The notes: generated by a model not told the origin, from the sequence alone. Positions 25,101 through 33,763 are shown, counted from the whole stretch's first letter. The stretch is 62,779 nt of DNA, filler included, from a bacterium (GCA_040757115.1; 5 parts of 4 records of this genome joined end to end with filler, not necessarily neighbours in it); one strand, 5' to 3'. Translations and numbers: made by a program.

Positions 25101-26288
25101 ATTCCACTGACCTTTGGTATCAACCACATGCAAGCCATAGTAATAAGTACCTGTTGAAGTTGGAGTATCGTAGAATGAACCAGAATAGTTTGTTTGTCCT
25201 GAAAGGGTTGTTGTTTGAATAGGATTGGGTGGTTGTGGCCAATTAGGATAATTATTCGTTCGCCAAAGTTCTGTCTCTTTTAAACCAATGTCATCCGAGA
25301 CAGTATAGGAAATAGTAAATGAATTGCCTAAAGTTACTGATCTTGGTTGAACATCAAAGGCATTGACGGTGGGAGGGTTGTCTTTAGTCCAGCAAGCACC
25401 ATATTCGTCCCAACTTGCCTGATTCATTATATGATAGGCGTAAAGGCTGACTCCTTCATATCCATAACCTTGGACAGTGTCACAGAATCTTTTAATCTCG
25501 CCATTATAAATTTCCCTTCCTATCTCCAGTTTTCCACCCTGCCCCACTGGCACTATAGGCTTAACAGAATCGCTGTAACCTCCTTGCTTCCAGACACTAT
25601 GCCAATAATCAAAATCATTCTTCATTCGTTGAAGTTCTTCTTCCGGAGTTAAAGGCCGTGCTGCCCAATATGCCTGCGGCATATTCCTATTACTATACTT
25701 GCCAAACTCAAGCCATGGAAACCATTCATGGCCTGTAACCCTTGCAAAGGAAGAATAAGCAATAAAACTTGTTGGATGTTTCTGTCTAATGCCTTTCATA
25801 TATTGTTCAGCTATAGTTCCTTTTCCCTGACCTTCGTATGCTGACTCTGCATTGATAACAAGCCCATCTATTCCAGAAATATCTAAAATCATGTTGGAAA
25901 CATCTAATTCAGAAACATTTGGTATTCCATATTGATCGGAACTGTAAACAAAATGCCACCCAAAAACTTTAATTCCAGAATTGTGAAATTGTTTTATTAC
26001 CTCACTGAACCCGCCGTATTGTGATGCCCAATTGTATAGATAGTCACCTGGATCAAGCCAGTAGCCATCGCTATCACCACATTTTATTATGACCCAATTA
26101 ACACCTGCAGATTTCAGTCTATTTAAAACTTTACTTAAGTCTCCATTTTCACATTCCCATATTCTCCATATCCAAAGTCCTTTACCCGTGGAAGCTAACA
26201 CTGGATAAGCAGAAAGGCAATTTATGATCAACATAATGCCAAAAATGGCTAGAATGATAATAGATTTGTATTTATTCCTTCCTATCAT
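22143..26288 (-). CDS. Large secreted multidomain protein: glycoside-hydrolase-like N-domain, Ig-like domains, right-handed beta-helix, C-terminal T9SS-A/FlgD-like sorting domain
   Basis: 1381 aa with a signal peptide. Recognisable segments: GKGLWIW...KCGD...DGLVINAESAYE; LSFGDV..GTSKDLNLTIQNIGNAPL (choice-of-anchor D-like); YTLNVN...GGVYNQGQEVTLTANP..GYQF..WSGD; VYVS..GDD..GDGSQAKPYRTIQ; ITNNTISGN repeats; HL...SPCIDAG...DMGAYE; YPNPW...IYSIAGELI...WD...LASGIYIY...GKFGIIK. Confidence 0.88.
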   Translation of the reverse strand: MIGRNKYKSIIILAIFGIMLIINCLSAYPVLASTGKGLWIWRIWECENGDLSKVLNRLKSAGVNWVIIKCGDSDGYWLDPGDYLYNWASQYGGFSEVIKQFHNSGIKVFGWHFVYSSDQYGIPNVSELDVSNMILDISGIDGLVINAESAYEGQGKGTIAEQYMKGIRQKHPTSFIAYSSFARVTGHEWFPWLEFGKYSNRNMPQAYWAARPLTPEEELQRMKNDFDYWHSVWKQGGYSDSVKPIVPVGQGGKLEIGREIYNGEIKRFCDTVQGYGYEGVSLYAYHIMNQASWDEYGACWTKDNPPTVNAFDVQPRSVTLGNSFTISYTVSDDIGLKETELWRTNNYPNWPQPPNPIQTTTLSGQTNYSGSFYDTPTSTGTYYYGLHVVDTKGQWNDEQNSQTGNSPEDFGPIQVTVTSPQNHNPTLSNPSVDPLSGDTNTNFYYYVQYYDQDGDSPEKKWLIIDGGTPQATVYVMQLFSGSSANGIYKSNPITLSAGNHKYHFEFTDGKGGSARLPSNADQYLIGPNVIESSTPDINLPSNSLSFGDVVIGTSKDLNLTIQNIGNAPLNITNLTRISGSSEFSVISYPSSISANSSDSATIRFSPGSTGAKNATFRINSNDPDESTVDFTASGNGITPPPNQYTLNVNCNPTNGGWVSLNPAGGVYNQGQEVTLTANPYSGYQFDFWSGDVSGNTNPIKITMNSNKNITANFKQITQISTVYVSTIGDDITGDGSQAKPYRTIQKGINVCSIGGTVFVSAGTYNEAIYINKNIALIGAGANICTITAQGISNTNTVTFNGSNANGTITGFRITGAPGGYYGIFCTNASPTVIDNTILGNNCGICCYKSSSAITNNTISGNDTGVYCHSSSPTITNNTISENGDGIHCYDYSSPSITNNTISGNDNIGIICEYFSSASIINNTISGNRYYGIVCQNNSPAITNNIITKNGTTSNTAYGIYCNFSSPTVIEYNDVWNNGITGIQNYSGCSAGPNDISFNPQFIEGGNFHLGTLSPCIDAGSNTYVPAWLTTDKDGNPRKVRIVDMGAYEFQGTQTLPPATFTLTLLLPAPTTINATFTLSVLLYDNYGNIATTSGIATLTDTTNSISPSTITIISGSGTTIATIKSSPNGGTDTIIAKYGTITGFNTIWVYMNTQQGTITYGTITGPMIEFGSGSLGTANVIVSVSTSTTAPTPPSGIAFAGIVYDIEVRDEQDNPFGTQSLPGSVTIRFPYQESNGFVAGTNIREENLLIYHYEDGIWTPLVTYHNYIENYCFAYVPHFSPFAIGGTPTFAPTNNDAFAYPNPWRKNDAKMGGRYISFGNVRQGSVIRIYSIAGELIDEIEVTDCTQKWDVLNKNLASGIYIYTVTGGGGGRKVGKFGIIK

Positions 26289-26310
26289 TTCTGTTTTTTT
26301 CCCTCATTTA

Positions 26311-26946
26311 TCATTTGCCTAGGGTAAAAGTAGAAAGTATTCCATTAAACATTTTGACATGATTGTTTTTGTCATTTAGCATTTCTCTAAGAGCTTTATC
26401 AACCATTTCTTTATGTGTAATCTTCCTTTTCTCTTCTCCACGAATTCTTGATTCAGGTATCATTCCAGGAATTCCCGACATAAAATTATAATCCAGCGAT
26501 ACAATGTAATATTTTCCTTTGTATTCTGTGTAACAATTGATTACGGTATCCCAACCACCTGCTCCTCCGTATACAATCCAGTAGTCTTTTTTAAAGGGGA
26601 TACCGTTCAAGATTACTTTTTCAGTAAAAACGCGATTGGACAACATTGGGTCACTAGAGTTTTCTCTAAAGTAATAACGCCCCCCAAAAGTTCCACTAAG
26701 AGAAACAAAAGGTTTTTTATCAACAAAGATGTGTATAACAGCTCTTTCTTCTCCTGGAAGACGGATGCTAAGTGCAGATTCATTAAAGCATTTTATGGGT
26801 TCGCCTAAATACTTTACTTTAAATCCATATCTCTGGTTTTTATAAATTTTCCACTGCGAAAAACTAGTTTTTCCTTGTTGTCCTCTCGCAGAAGAAATGC
26901 AAATCAACATCCCTATACTTATTATTAAAACCAAAACCTTTTTCAT
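26311..26946 (-). CDS. Secreted hypothetical protein, possibly PsbP-like fold
   Basis: 211 aa, AGGAGG SD, signal peptide, WKIYKNQRYGFKVKY and FNGILSTF motifs. Lies 22 bp upstream of the 1381-aa gene. Confidence 0.75.
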   Translation of the reverse strand: MKKVLVLIISIGMLICISSARGQQGKTSFSQWKIYKNQRYGFKVKYLGEPIKCFNESALSIRLPGEERAVIHIFVDKKPFVSLSGTFGGRYYFRENSSDPMLSNRVFTEKVILNGIPFKKDYWIVYGGAGGWDTVINCYTEYKGKYYIVSLDYNFMSGIPGMIPESRIRGEEKRKITHKEMVDKALREMLNDKNNHVKMFNGILSTFTLGK

Positions 26947-27070
26947 GTTACCTCCTCCTTCTCCCCCAACCCAAAACCAAGCTAATTATAACCCCTTTTA
27001 TTTTCATCCTATCTCCAATCTCCCTTCTCTAAACTTAAGCAAAAGATTAAAGTTTGAGAGAGAGTCCACA

Positions 27071-27106
27071 TCAAGCCAAAACCAGCAACCTCAAAACTTT
27101 TTTCAT
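27071..27106 (-). pseudogene. Degraded signal-peptide stub (MKKVLRLLVLA*)
   Basis: GAGG SD and ATG 10 nt after the hicA stop. Resembles the MKKILALVVLGLIW stub starts but is frameshifted. Confidence 0.4.
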
Positions 27107-27116
27107 TTTCCTCTTT

Positions 27117-27356
27117 TTATTCTAATAGGGCATTAATCTCATCATCCGTAAACCCAAATTGCCGAAAAATACGCAACACATAAGCGGGTGAAAGTTCTCC
27201 TGCTCCCATATCAATCGGAACAATTCTCTTTTTGCCTTCCATATAGCGAATATACAATTGGTGATCACCCCTTCCTTTTCTATAAAAGGCACAATCACCT
27301 CTTTGCAAAACACGGATTAACTCTTTCGGTTTAAGAGAAGGAATATTTTTACGCAT
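27117..27356 (-). CDS. hicA: HicA-family toxin (mRNA interferase)
   Basis: 79 aa: KPKELIRVL...KGRGDH...VPID...EL....LRIFRQFG. Overlaps the hicB stop. Confidence 0.85.
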   Translation of the reverse strand: MRKNIPSLKPKELIRVLQRGDCAFYRKGRGDHQLYIRYMEGKKRIVPIDMGAGELSPAYVLRIFRQFGFTDDEINALLE

Positions 27357-27615
27357 ATACAGCCTTTAATTCATATGATTCCAAAGCGGAATTTTTTACC
27401 TCTAGTGTCAAGAATTCATGTAGTTCTTTTATCGATATAGGCATACTGTATATGTCGCTTTCTTCCTTGCGAACATCCTCGAAGGAAAAAACAGCCTCCA
27501 TAAGTTTCTTAATTGCCTCTTCTTTAGTTATCCCTTGCCCTACCAATCCATTCTCTAAACACAAAGCTACCCAAAATTCTTTGCTTTTTCTAACTACGGC
27601 TGTATAGAAATTCAC
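27349..27615 (-). CDS. hicB: HicB-family antitoxin (short form)
   Basis: 88 aa: YTAVVRKSKEFWVALCLENGLVGQGITKEEAIKKL.EA. GGAGGT SD before a GTG start. Confidence 0.85.
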   Translation of the reverse strand: MNFYTAVVRKSKEFWVALCLENGLVGQGITKEEAIKKLMEAVFSFEDVRKEESDIYSMPISIKELHEFLTLEVKNSALESYELKAVYA

Positions 27616-27644
27616 CGCCTTTCACCTCCTATATTGCTCTTTTT

Positions 27645-27673
27645 ATTTTACAGCTTATTCCTGTTTTAAGCAA
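27645..27673 (-). promoter_or_regulatory. sigma70-type promoter of hicBA
   Basis: TTGCTT-17 bp-TAAAAT. Confidence 0.6.
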
Positions 27674-27704
27674 GGGTTAATAAGCCTTTATTTCCTTATT
27701 TTTT

Positions 27705-27938
27705 CTAAACTGCCTCATTGTAGGTTCCTGCCGCAACAATTATCCTATCGCCACTGGTTGCTGCATTTGCATTTATTGCCGCCTGGATGGTGGTATAACT
27801 TCCTGGCACATACAAATCCGCTGCCATTGTCTCATAGCCCCAAATTAGCCCTAAAACTACTAAAGCACAAACCTTTTTCAAAACTGATAGGAAATTGCTT
27901 TTTTGAGTGTTTTGGATATTATATCCATTTGTGCCCAT
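27705..27938 (-). pseudogene. N-terminal stub of a secreted beta-helix protein (signal peptide + cap), ends at AGTYNEAV*
   Basis: (L)KKVCALVVLGLIWGYETMAADLYVPGSYTTIQAAINA...GDRIIVAAGTYNEAV; the real start may be the TTG at 27881. Homologous to VSAGTYNEAIY of the 1381-aa protein. Confidence 0.8.
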
Positions 27939-27947
27939 TGTGAGGAT

Positions 27948-27976
27948 ATGTTACCACAAATTTTATCCTTTGTCAA
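27948..27976 (-). promoter_or_regulatory. sigma70-type promoter upstream of the stub
   Basis: TTGACA-17 bp-TAACAT with a TG extension. Confidence 0.6.
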
Positions 27977-28009
27977 CAAAAATCGGCTCTTTTGAAAATT
28001 AGTATCAAA

Positions 28010-28375
28010 GAGAGCGTTGCGTAGAACTTAAGGCTATATTTACGGTCCCTGCCATTGTGTTACCTCATTTCTTGCCATCTTTTTGTATTTCTTGACATTT
28101 TGGAGTCCCAAAAGACAACCCAGAGGGGCATTAACCAGTCGATAATTGGTTATTTGGATGCATTGTTCCCCTCCTAATTTAAAACTTACTTCTGTTGTCT
28201 TTATCGACTTAATCAATCATAACCTTTAACCACTTTAGAATTTACAACTATATAACACCTCCTCATCTTGATGTCAACTAAGCAGATTATCTCTTTTTTA
28301 TAGCTTTGGCATCTTTTATCACCCAAAACTCATCCCAAACCCGCACCATAACTAAAAACTATTTGCAACGCTCTC
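28010..28375. mobile_element. Non-autonomous IS remnant/MITE, 366 bp
   Basis: Terminal inverted repeat GAGAGCGTTGC / GCAACGCTCTC, flanked by 8-bp direct repeats GTATCAAA (28002-28009 and 28376-28383). Confidence 0.8.
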
Positions 28376-28471
28376 GTATCAAAAACCTGTTTGACTAAGA
28401 CAAATTCACAAAAAATCACCATTAACAATGATGAGTTAGAACACAATTATCCTCTGGGGGAAGTCGGGTCG

Positions 28472-28519
28472 GGGGACACAATACTAAATTTTGAGGGAAA
28501 AATAAAGTATTGTGTCTCC
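28472..28519. repeat. REP-like inverted repeat GGACACAATACT...AGTATTGTGTCTCC
   Basis: A related copy lies at about 58138-58190 (GGGACACAATACTTAATT...AATTAGTATTGTGACC). Confidence 0.55.
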
Positions 28520-28640
28520 GTAATTGCCCTTTGTGCTTTGTGTGCGGGATAGTTCAATCGATAGTTGCAAAAATCTACAACCCTAAATCCCATCTCAACC
28601 CACAACGACCGTATGCCGCAAAGCGTAAAATTCTATCATC

Positions 28641-29126
28641 CTAAATCTCCCCTGCCTGCTTTAATATCTCCAGATATAACTCATTACTCACCCTGAAGTC
28701 TTTGGCAATCAATTCATCAACATATGGCTTCACTTCTGAAATAAGTCCACCAGACTTAGCCGCCACCAATATACCAAGTGTCCCAGTCTTGCTGATTCCT
28801 ATTCTATCCGCCGTTATTCTCGCAGGTTTCTCATCTAACAAGACTAAATCTCCATTTAATTCTGATGCCAACACCAGGGTTTCACTTTCACCAGCACTTA
28901 GAGTTGCCCGAAGAATACTTACCGAAAGTCGATTTTGCACCTTTTCTCGCTTTATCCATTCCGCCTTTTCTACTTCTTGTGCTCCCAACCTTTCTTTTCC
29001 TTTTAGGGCAATTTCTTCATAAACTGCTTCAGGAATATAGAGCGTAGCATACATCGACTTTAATAGATGGAGCTTATTAATCTTAGCCAGCGAGATAAGC
29101 GGGGTGGCATTTGAGACGACAATCAT
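28641..29126 (-). CDS. DUF3368-type PIN-domain toxin
   Basis: 161 aa: VVSNATPLISLAKI...IPEAVYEEI...LSAGESETLVLA...LLDEKPAR...GTLGIL. ATGA overlap with the upstream gene. Confidence 0.88.
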   Translation of the reverse strand: MIVVSNATPLISLAKINKLHLLKSMYATLYIPEAVYEEIALKGKERLGAQEVEKAEWIKREKVQNRLSVSILRATLSAGESETLVLASELNGDLVLLDEKPARITADRIGISKTGTLGILVAAKSGGLISEVKPYVDELIAKDFRVSNELYLEILKQAGEI

Positions 29127-29398
29127 TTTTGCATCATCTCCTTTGCCACAGCAATATCTTCAGCTAACTCATCAGGTGTCTGTCTGAAGAACGGTATATT
29201 ATTCTTTGCTAGCACCTCGATAAACTCCATCCTGCTTATTTCCACCAATTCAGATGCCTTGCCTGAAGATATTTTGCCTTCCTGAAACAATTTTAAAGCA
29301 GCCAGCTCCTTTAATTTTTGAGAAAACTGCTGCTTTGTAGTACCCAGAATAGCAAGAACCTCATCTGGCATCTCTACTTGAGCTACACTCATACCCAT
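29123..29398 (-). CDS. UPF0175-family antitoxin
   Basis: ALKLFQEGKISSGKASELVEISRMEFIEVL....IP. GGAGGT SD favours the ATG at 29398 (track start 29407). Confidence 0.87.
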   Translation of the reverse strand: MGMSVAQVEMPDEVLAILGTTKQQFSQKLKELAALKLFQEGKISSGKASELVEISRMEFIEVLAKNNIPFFRQTPDELAEDIAVAKEMMQK

Positions 29399-29889
29399 TA
29401 AAGTCACCTCCTATCTTTTTATGAACGCTCTCGGATAAAATTTAGCGTTGATTTTATTAGCCGTTCCGGCTAATTATTTTTTCCTTCTCCCCCAATATTT
29501 TTGAGCGAAATTCTTACTTCCTTTCTTTACTTAGTTCCAATTTCCTTCTATATCTCCAGGTCCGCACATGGACAGGGATAAATTCTATCCCTACCGATAT
29601 ATGCACTTAGAAAAAATCCCACCTCCTTAATTCCCTGCCCGCGAAGGAGAAGGGAAAGTAGTTCCTTTAACCTTAATGCGGGGAGGTTTCTCTTCTAACC
29701 GCATAGATCGAATAATTGTGCTGAATAGTTACTTTTCCCCCTTATAATTTCCCTAAATCTTCCTTTGCAGTCTTTGCGTCCTGGCGTGAAACTTACTTTT
29801 TTTTCACGCAAAGGTTACTCTGAAAAATGAATTTATACCACGAATACCACGCATGGCACGAAGCTTCACTAAGACTATCACTTGTATTT

Positions 29890-30016
29890 GTAACTATTTC
29901 TCCAAATGAAATGCAAGGTGATTGGGTAATCAGGTGATTCAGATAAAGCGTTAAACCGGTCACTGATAACCGATAACTGATTACCCGGATTCCACTTCAG
30001 ATGGCTAAAGTATTAC
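29890..30016. mobile_element. Degenerate GTAA-terminus miniature element with heptamer arms
   Basis: GTAACTATTTCT...CACTTCAGATGGCTAAAGTATTAC; ends resemble 55638-55739. No clear target duplication. Confidence 0.4.
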
Positions 30017-30065
30017 TAATTTCAGGGTTATCTTCCTTAGTGTTCTTAGTGCCTTATTGTTTTTT

Positions 30066-30263
30066 TTATTGTCTCGCTAACCTTACCACCTTATTTATCT
30101 CTTCCTTTGAAAGTCCGGTTATCTTAGCAATCACATCAATATTAAATCCCTCTGAATACATAGCCTTAGCATCCTCTACTGCTTTCCTATATTCACCTTG
30201 TTGTATCCCTTGTTGTAATCCTTGTTGCATTCCTTGTTCTATCAATTTCATAGCGGTAGTCAT
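30066..30263 (-). CDS. Predicted internal in-frame small protein (RpnS-type antitoxin), 65 aa
   Basis: GAAAGGGGGTGA (30271-30282) sits 7 nt before an in-frame ATG (MTTAMKLIEQG...). The same unit survives alone at 33764-33949. Confidence 0.7.
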   Translation of the reverse strand: MTTAMKLIEQGMQQGLQQGIQQGEYRKAVEDAKAMYSEGFNIDVIAKITGLSKEEINKVVRLARQ

Positions 30264-31004
30264 TGTTGCTTCACCCCCTTTCTCGGAAATCTTCTTCACT
30301 ACCTCTACTACATCTTCTACTCCTATCTCGGTGCTACTGTAAATATACCGAATAACACCTTCCAAAAATTTTAGCCCTTTCTCCTCCTCGTAACACATCT
30401 GCCCTATCTCTAAAAAATCCCCGATATGCTCCCGCAATTTCCCCTCATCATATATGCTCTTCATCACTAATAAGGCTATCCTAAGAGTTACATCCAAAAG
30501 AACCTGCCCCTTTATCTCCTCATCACTATACCTCGATAAATCTGTCAATAAATAATCAAATTCAGGAATATATCTCTTTAATCCCTCATCTATCCCTTTA
30601 AAATATTCAGATAACCCTTTCACTACCCATCGTTCTTTACCGTGATAAAAAATAATAGGTATAACAGGTCTTAAACCCTCTTTCTGTTTGATATTTGTCT
30701 CCCATATCTTAAGGATATACCGTAGAAGCTGTAAATGCGGGTATTTGACTGCCTTGCTCTTATGTTCAAATAAAAGCGAAACCTTTACCTTGCTCTTAGC
30801 CTTGTAAAGACAATTATAAACTATGTCTGAAAAGTTCTCTTTTAGTTCCTCATCAATGTAAGAGTTATTATCCAATTCCAGGGTTGATAAATCAAGGTTT
30901 TTCTTCAGAGCATCGGGTAAAATGCTGTTGATAAAATTAGAGGCATTCTCTTTGTTTGAAAATATCTCTTTGAAGAAACTGTCATGTGGATTTGATATCT
31001 CCAT
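30066..31004 (-). CDS. rpn: Rpn (YhgA-like) PD-(D/E)XK recombination-promoting nuclease / putative transposase family protein
   Basis: 312 aa: NPHDSFFKEIFS, FSDIVY, LLFEHKS, LQLLRY, PVIPIIFYHG, C-terminal QQG repeats and IAKITGLS. Confidence 0.93.
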   Translation of the reverse strand: MEISNPHDSFFKEIFSNKENASNFINSILPDALKKNLDLSTLELDNNSYIDEELKENFSDIVYNCLYKAKSKVKVSLLFEHKSKAVKYPHLQLLRYILKIWETNIKQKEGLRPVIPIIFYHGKERWVVKGLSEYFKGIDEGLKRYIPEFDYLLTDLSRYSDEEIKGQVLLDVTLRIALLVMKSIYDEGKLREHIGDFLEIGQMCYEEEKGLKFLEGVIRYIYSSTEIGVEDVVEVVKKISEKGGEATMTTAMKLIEQGMQQGLQQGIQQGEYRKAVEDAKAMYSEGFNIDVIAKITGLSKEEINKVVRLARQ

Positions 31005-31029
31005 CTTATCTCCTTACCCCAGTTTTGTT

Positions 31030-31287
31030 CTAACTGGTATGATAACACATAACATAGAAGAAGTCAAGTTGTTTGTTTTTTTCCGCACAAATTAAGGCAA
31101 TGTTCTTGTTGATATAGATTGCCTCATTATAACTTCCAGGAGCAACAAAAATGGTATCGCCCGGATTTGCGGCATTTATTGCGGATTGAATGGTGGGATA
31201 AGACCCTGGCATATAACGGTCTGCTCCAAAGGCTGCATTTAAACCCAAAACTCCCAAAATTCCCAATAGTAATAACATCCTTTTCAT
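31030..31287 (-). pseudogene. N-terminal stub of a secreted beta-helix protein
   Basis: MKRMLLLLGILGVLGLNAAFGADRYMPGSYPTIQSAINAANPGDTIFVAPGSYNEAIYINKNIALICA, then reads into the rpn promoter. 38/42 nt identical to the YNEAIYINKNIALI segment of the 1381-aa gene. Confidence 0.85.
31039..31067 (-). promoter_or_regulatory. sigma70-type promoter of rpn
   Basis: TTGACT-17 bp-TATCAT with a TG extension; duplicated at 34723-34751. Confidence 0.7.
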
Positions 31288-31468
31288 CTTTATTCGACAT
31301 CCTTGATATTACTCACCTTTCTTAAGAAGGTTAAAACTGAGGTTGAAGTAGGAATATATTGCCTGATTATTTCTCTCTTTCCTCAAAGGAAAAATCTTCC
31401 TCTTTAACGATAACCTTGATTTTATCCACCTTGAACACACTTATTGAACCTACCCATAATGTCCAATC

Positions 31469-31963
31469 TCATAATCTTTCTAATACCAGATCACAGAGAC
31501 TTTCCTTGATCCAAATATCTTTTCGTCGCTTGATTTGTTGAATTAACAAAATTCCTTCATCTCTGATAAGAACATTTCTTTTTACTGCTTCCAGGAGAAC
31601 ACTTAATGTTCCTTTTGGTTTCAAACCATATCTTATGGCGACCTCTCTGGCAGTAGCATCGTCAATTAATACAAAATCTGCTTTTATCACAAGAGCCAAC
31701 TCAAGCGTTGTTTTTTCTCCTTCCTCTATCTCTGTTACACATTGAAGTTTATCTAACAGAACTTTTCTCATTTTAAATATCCCTCTGGAAAAGTAGTCAC
31801 GGATTAGGTAAGCATCTGATACTCCCTGACTTATCCCTGAAACAACTGTTTCCTCATAAACCTCTTCTGCCACAAAAACAGAACCATAGAGTTTCTGTAA
31901 TATATCAAGCCGTCCAAGTTTGCCAAACGCTATCAATGGTCCAGCATTACTGACAATTTTCAT
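31469..31963 (-). CDS. DUF3368-type PIN-domain toxin
   Basis: 164 aa: IVSNAGPLIAFGKL...EEVYEE...EEGE...VLIDDATAR...GTLSVL. Confidence 0.87.
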   Translation of the reverse strand: MKIVSNAGPLIAFGKLGRLDILQKLYGSVFVAEEVYEETVVSGISQGVSDAYLIRDYFSRGIFKMRKVLLDKLQCVTEIEEGEKTTLELALVIKADFVLIDDATAREVAIRYGLKPKGTLSVLLEAVKRNVLIRDEGILLIQQIKRRKDIWIKESLCDLVLERL

Positions 31964-32211
31964 CCCTTAATCTCCTCTATCATTTCATTCGTCACACGAG
32001 GTTCAATACCTCTTCTGCGTGCTTCTTCAATCATTTCTCTCAATGACAAATTGGCAATTTTAGCCGCTTTCCAGACTGATATACCGCCTTTGCGAAGCAT
32101 AATAAGAGCTTTTTCTATACGCATCTCACGCATACCAATCAAAAAGAACTGTTCAATCTCTTCTTCAGACAACCCTTTTGCTTCCTCTGGTAATTCTATA
32201 GTTATTTGCAT
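31960..32211 (-). CDS. UPF0175-family antitoxin
   Basis: 83 aa: IEKALIMLRKGGISVWKAAKIANLSLREMIEEARRRGI. GGAGGT SD; ATGA overlap with the toxin. Confidence 0.85.
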   Translation of the reverse strand: MQITIELPEEAKGLSEEEIEQFFLIGMREMRIEKALIMLRKGGISVWKAAKIANLSLREMIEEARRRGIEPRVTNEMIEEIKG

Positions 32212-32252
32212 AACTTACACCTCCAATTATTAGTTCCGTGAAAACAATGTTT

Positions 32253-32281
32253 AATATATCACCTTTGATTGCAAATGTCAA
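32253..32281 (-). promoter_or_regulatory. sigma70-type promoter of the UPF0175/PIN pair
   Basis: TTGACA-17 bp-TATATT. Confidence 0.65.
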
Positions 32282-32379
32282 AAGAAAATTGACTCACCAC
32301 AGCAATTCTCAGTGAAGGAGAAGACAGAGAAGTTTATCACAAAATTTCCTCATCATCCCCTTACTGATTATTAGCTTCC

Positions 32380-32571
32380 TCAAAGAAGGTGGGATAAAAT
32401 TTCCACCCTACGACTGTATGTGTCAGCAGAGATATAGATAGTATCCCCATTATTTGCGGCATTTATTGCGGATTGGATTGATTGACCTGGATTAACAAAC
32501 AAATCCGCCGCCATTACCTCCCTGGATAGGAAAACTACTCCTAAAATTACTAACCTAACAATCTTCCACAT
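32380..32571 (-). pseudogene. N-terminal stub of a secreted beta-helix protein
   Basis: MWKIVRLVILGVVFLSREVMAADLFVNPGQSIQSAINAANNGDTIYISADTY, then unrelated sequence. Starts 20 nt after the vapC stop with a GAGGGG SD. Confidence 0.8.
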
Positions 32572-32591
32572 TTTTTCCCCTCTTCCTTATT

Positions 32592-33011
32592 TTATTCAGG
32601 TCTTTTGGCAAATCCAAACTGAACAAAATGAGAATCATTAGTAAAAGCCTCAGTAAGTCTTTGCCATTTCATCACTGCAAAGGTCGGGCAGTCAGCAAAT
32701 GAAAAGGTTTTATCCTCATATTTCTTAAATATTTTCCATGCCTCTTTTTCAATCTCAGAGGTAATATGCACTATCTGAATCAACCCTGCACTTTTAGAAA
32801 TCTCTATTCCCTCTCCAAATTCAACTGCTATTTTATGAATTGCATTATTTCTTATCAATGTATAGGTTTCACATAGGATAAAGTTAGTAGTGACATACCT
32901 ATACCCTTCTTCTATCAAATCTTTGTCTATTTGTGCGGCTATTTTGTGAAAGGTATCTTTCTTATTGGTTAAAGCACACCATGCCCAGGTATCTACAAGA
33001 ATCCTTTTCAT
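32592..33011 (-). CDS. vapC: VapC-type PIN-domain toxin
   Basis: 139 aa with the acidic tetrad retained: ILVDT, ILCETY, SFADC, FTNDSHF. Confidence 0.88.
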   Translation of the reverse strand: MKRILVDTWAWCALTNKKDTFHKIAAQIDKDLIEEGYRYVTTNFILCETYTLIRNNAIHKIAVEFGEGIEISKSAGLIQIVHITSEIEKEAWKIFKKYEDKTFSFADCPTFAVMKWQRLTEAFTNDSHFVQFGFAKRPE

Positions 33012-33255
33012 TATGATTTCACTCCATACAAATACTTGTTATGGTTTTCTGCTAAATCCTCTGGCCCTTCAAAAAAACCTTCTCTTAATCTACACATAAA
33101 ACTTTTTGCCTGCTTAAGGTTCTGATTGTGCTGAAGCCAATCTAAAATGATGGTAGATGTCCATTCTGCCACAGTTTTTTTTCATCTTCAGCCATTTTCC
33201 TTAAAATTCTGAATTCCTTTTTAGGAATTGAAACCTGTAAAGCCACTCTTTCCAT
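33011..33255 (-). pseudogene. VapB/RHH-type antitoxin frameshifted in an A8 tract
   Basis: AGGAGG SD; MERVALQVSIPKKEFRILRKMAEDEKK / TVAEWTSTIILDWL...GPEDLAENHNKYLYGVKS*. Adding one A at 33175-33182 restores the frame, and the stop then overlaps the vapC start (TAATG). Confidence 0.8.
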
Positions 33256-33260
33256 CTTTA

Positions 33261-33488
33261 TCACCTCCTAAAACTTTTTTGATACTCTCTATCAACCATG
33301 GCAATACTTTTGTCGATATAGACTACCTCGTTATAGCTTCCAGCGACAACATAAACAGTATCCCCAGGATTTACTGTATTTACAGCAGACTGAATGGTTG
33401 AATATTGCGAAGGCACATACAAATCCGCTGCATTTGCCTCATAGCCCCAAATTAGCCCCAATACTACTAACGCTAAAATTTTTTTCAT
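33261..33488 (-). pseudogene. N-terminal stub of a secreted beta-helix protein
   Basis: MKKILALVVLGLIWGYEANAADLYVPSQYSTIQSAVNTVNPGDTVYVVAGSYNEVVYIDKSIAMV, then runs into the antitoxin SD. The signal region is nearly identical in DNA to the 27705 stub. Confidence 0.85.
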
Positions 33489-33578
33489 TTTATCAACACA
33501 TCCTATTTAATTTTAATATAGACTAAAGACCAAATAAAGTACCACAAGCATCCTGCTTGTCCTCTTCATTTCTTAACA

Positions 33579-33727
33579 TAGTGCTTTGTCGCTACTCGAT
33601 TGTTGTCCCCCGCTGGCGGGGGATTAAGAGGGTGGAATATGAAATCTGAAATAGAAGAATCCACCCCCCTACCCCCGCCAGCCGGGGACAACGGCCAATC
33701 AACCACTTGAATGGCGACAGAGCAATA
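33579..33727. mobile_element. Miniature inverted-repeat element with a GC-rich REP-like internal palindrome
   Basis: Ends TAGTGCTTTGTCGC / GCGACAGAGCAATA; interior TGTCCCCCGCTGGCGGGGG...CCCCCGCCAGCCGGGGACA. Confidence 0.6.
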
Positions 33728-33763
33728 GTGTTCCGCTGTGGTTTTAGTGCCTTAGTGGTTTTT

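Noticed and set aside
31376-31460. Short minus-strand frame ISVFKVDKIKVIVKEEDFSFEEREK* after the PIN toxin
   Set aside because: It could be a gene remnant, but I cannot support a start or a family.
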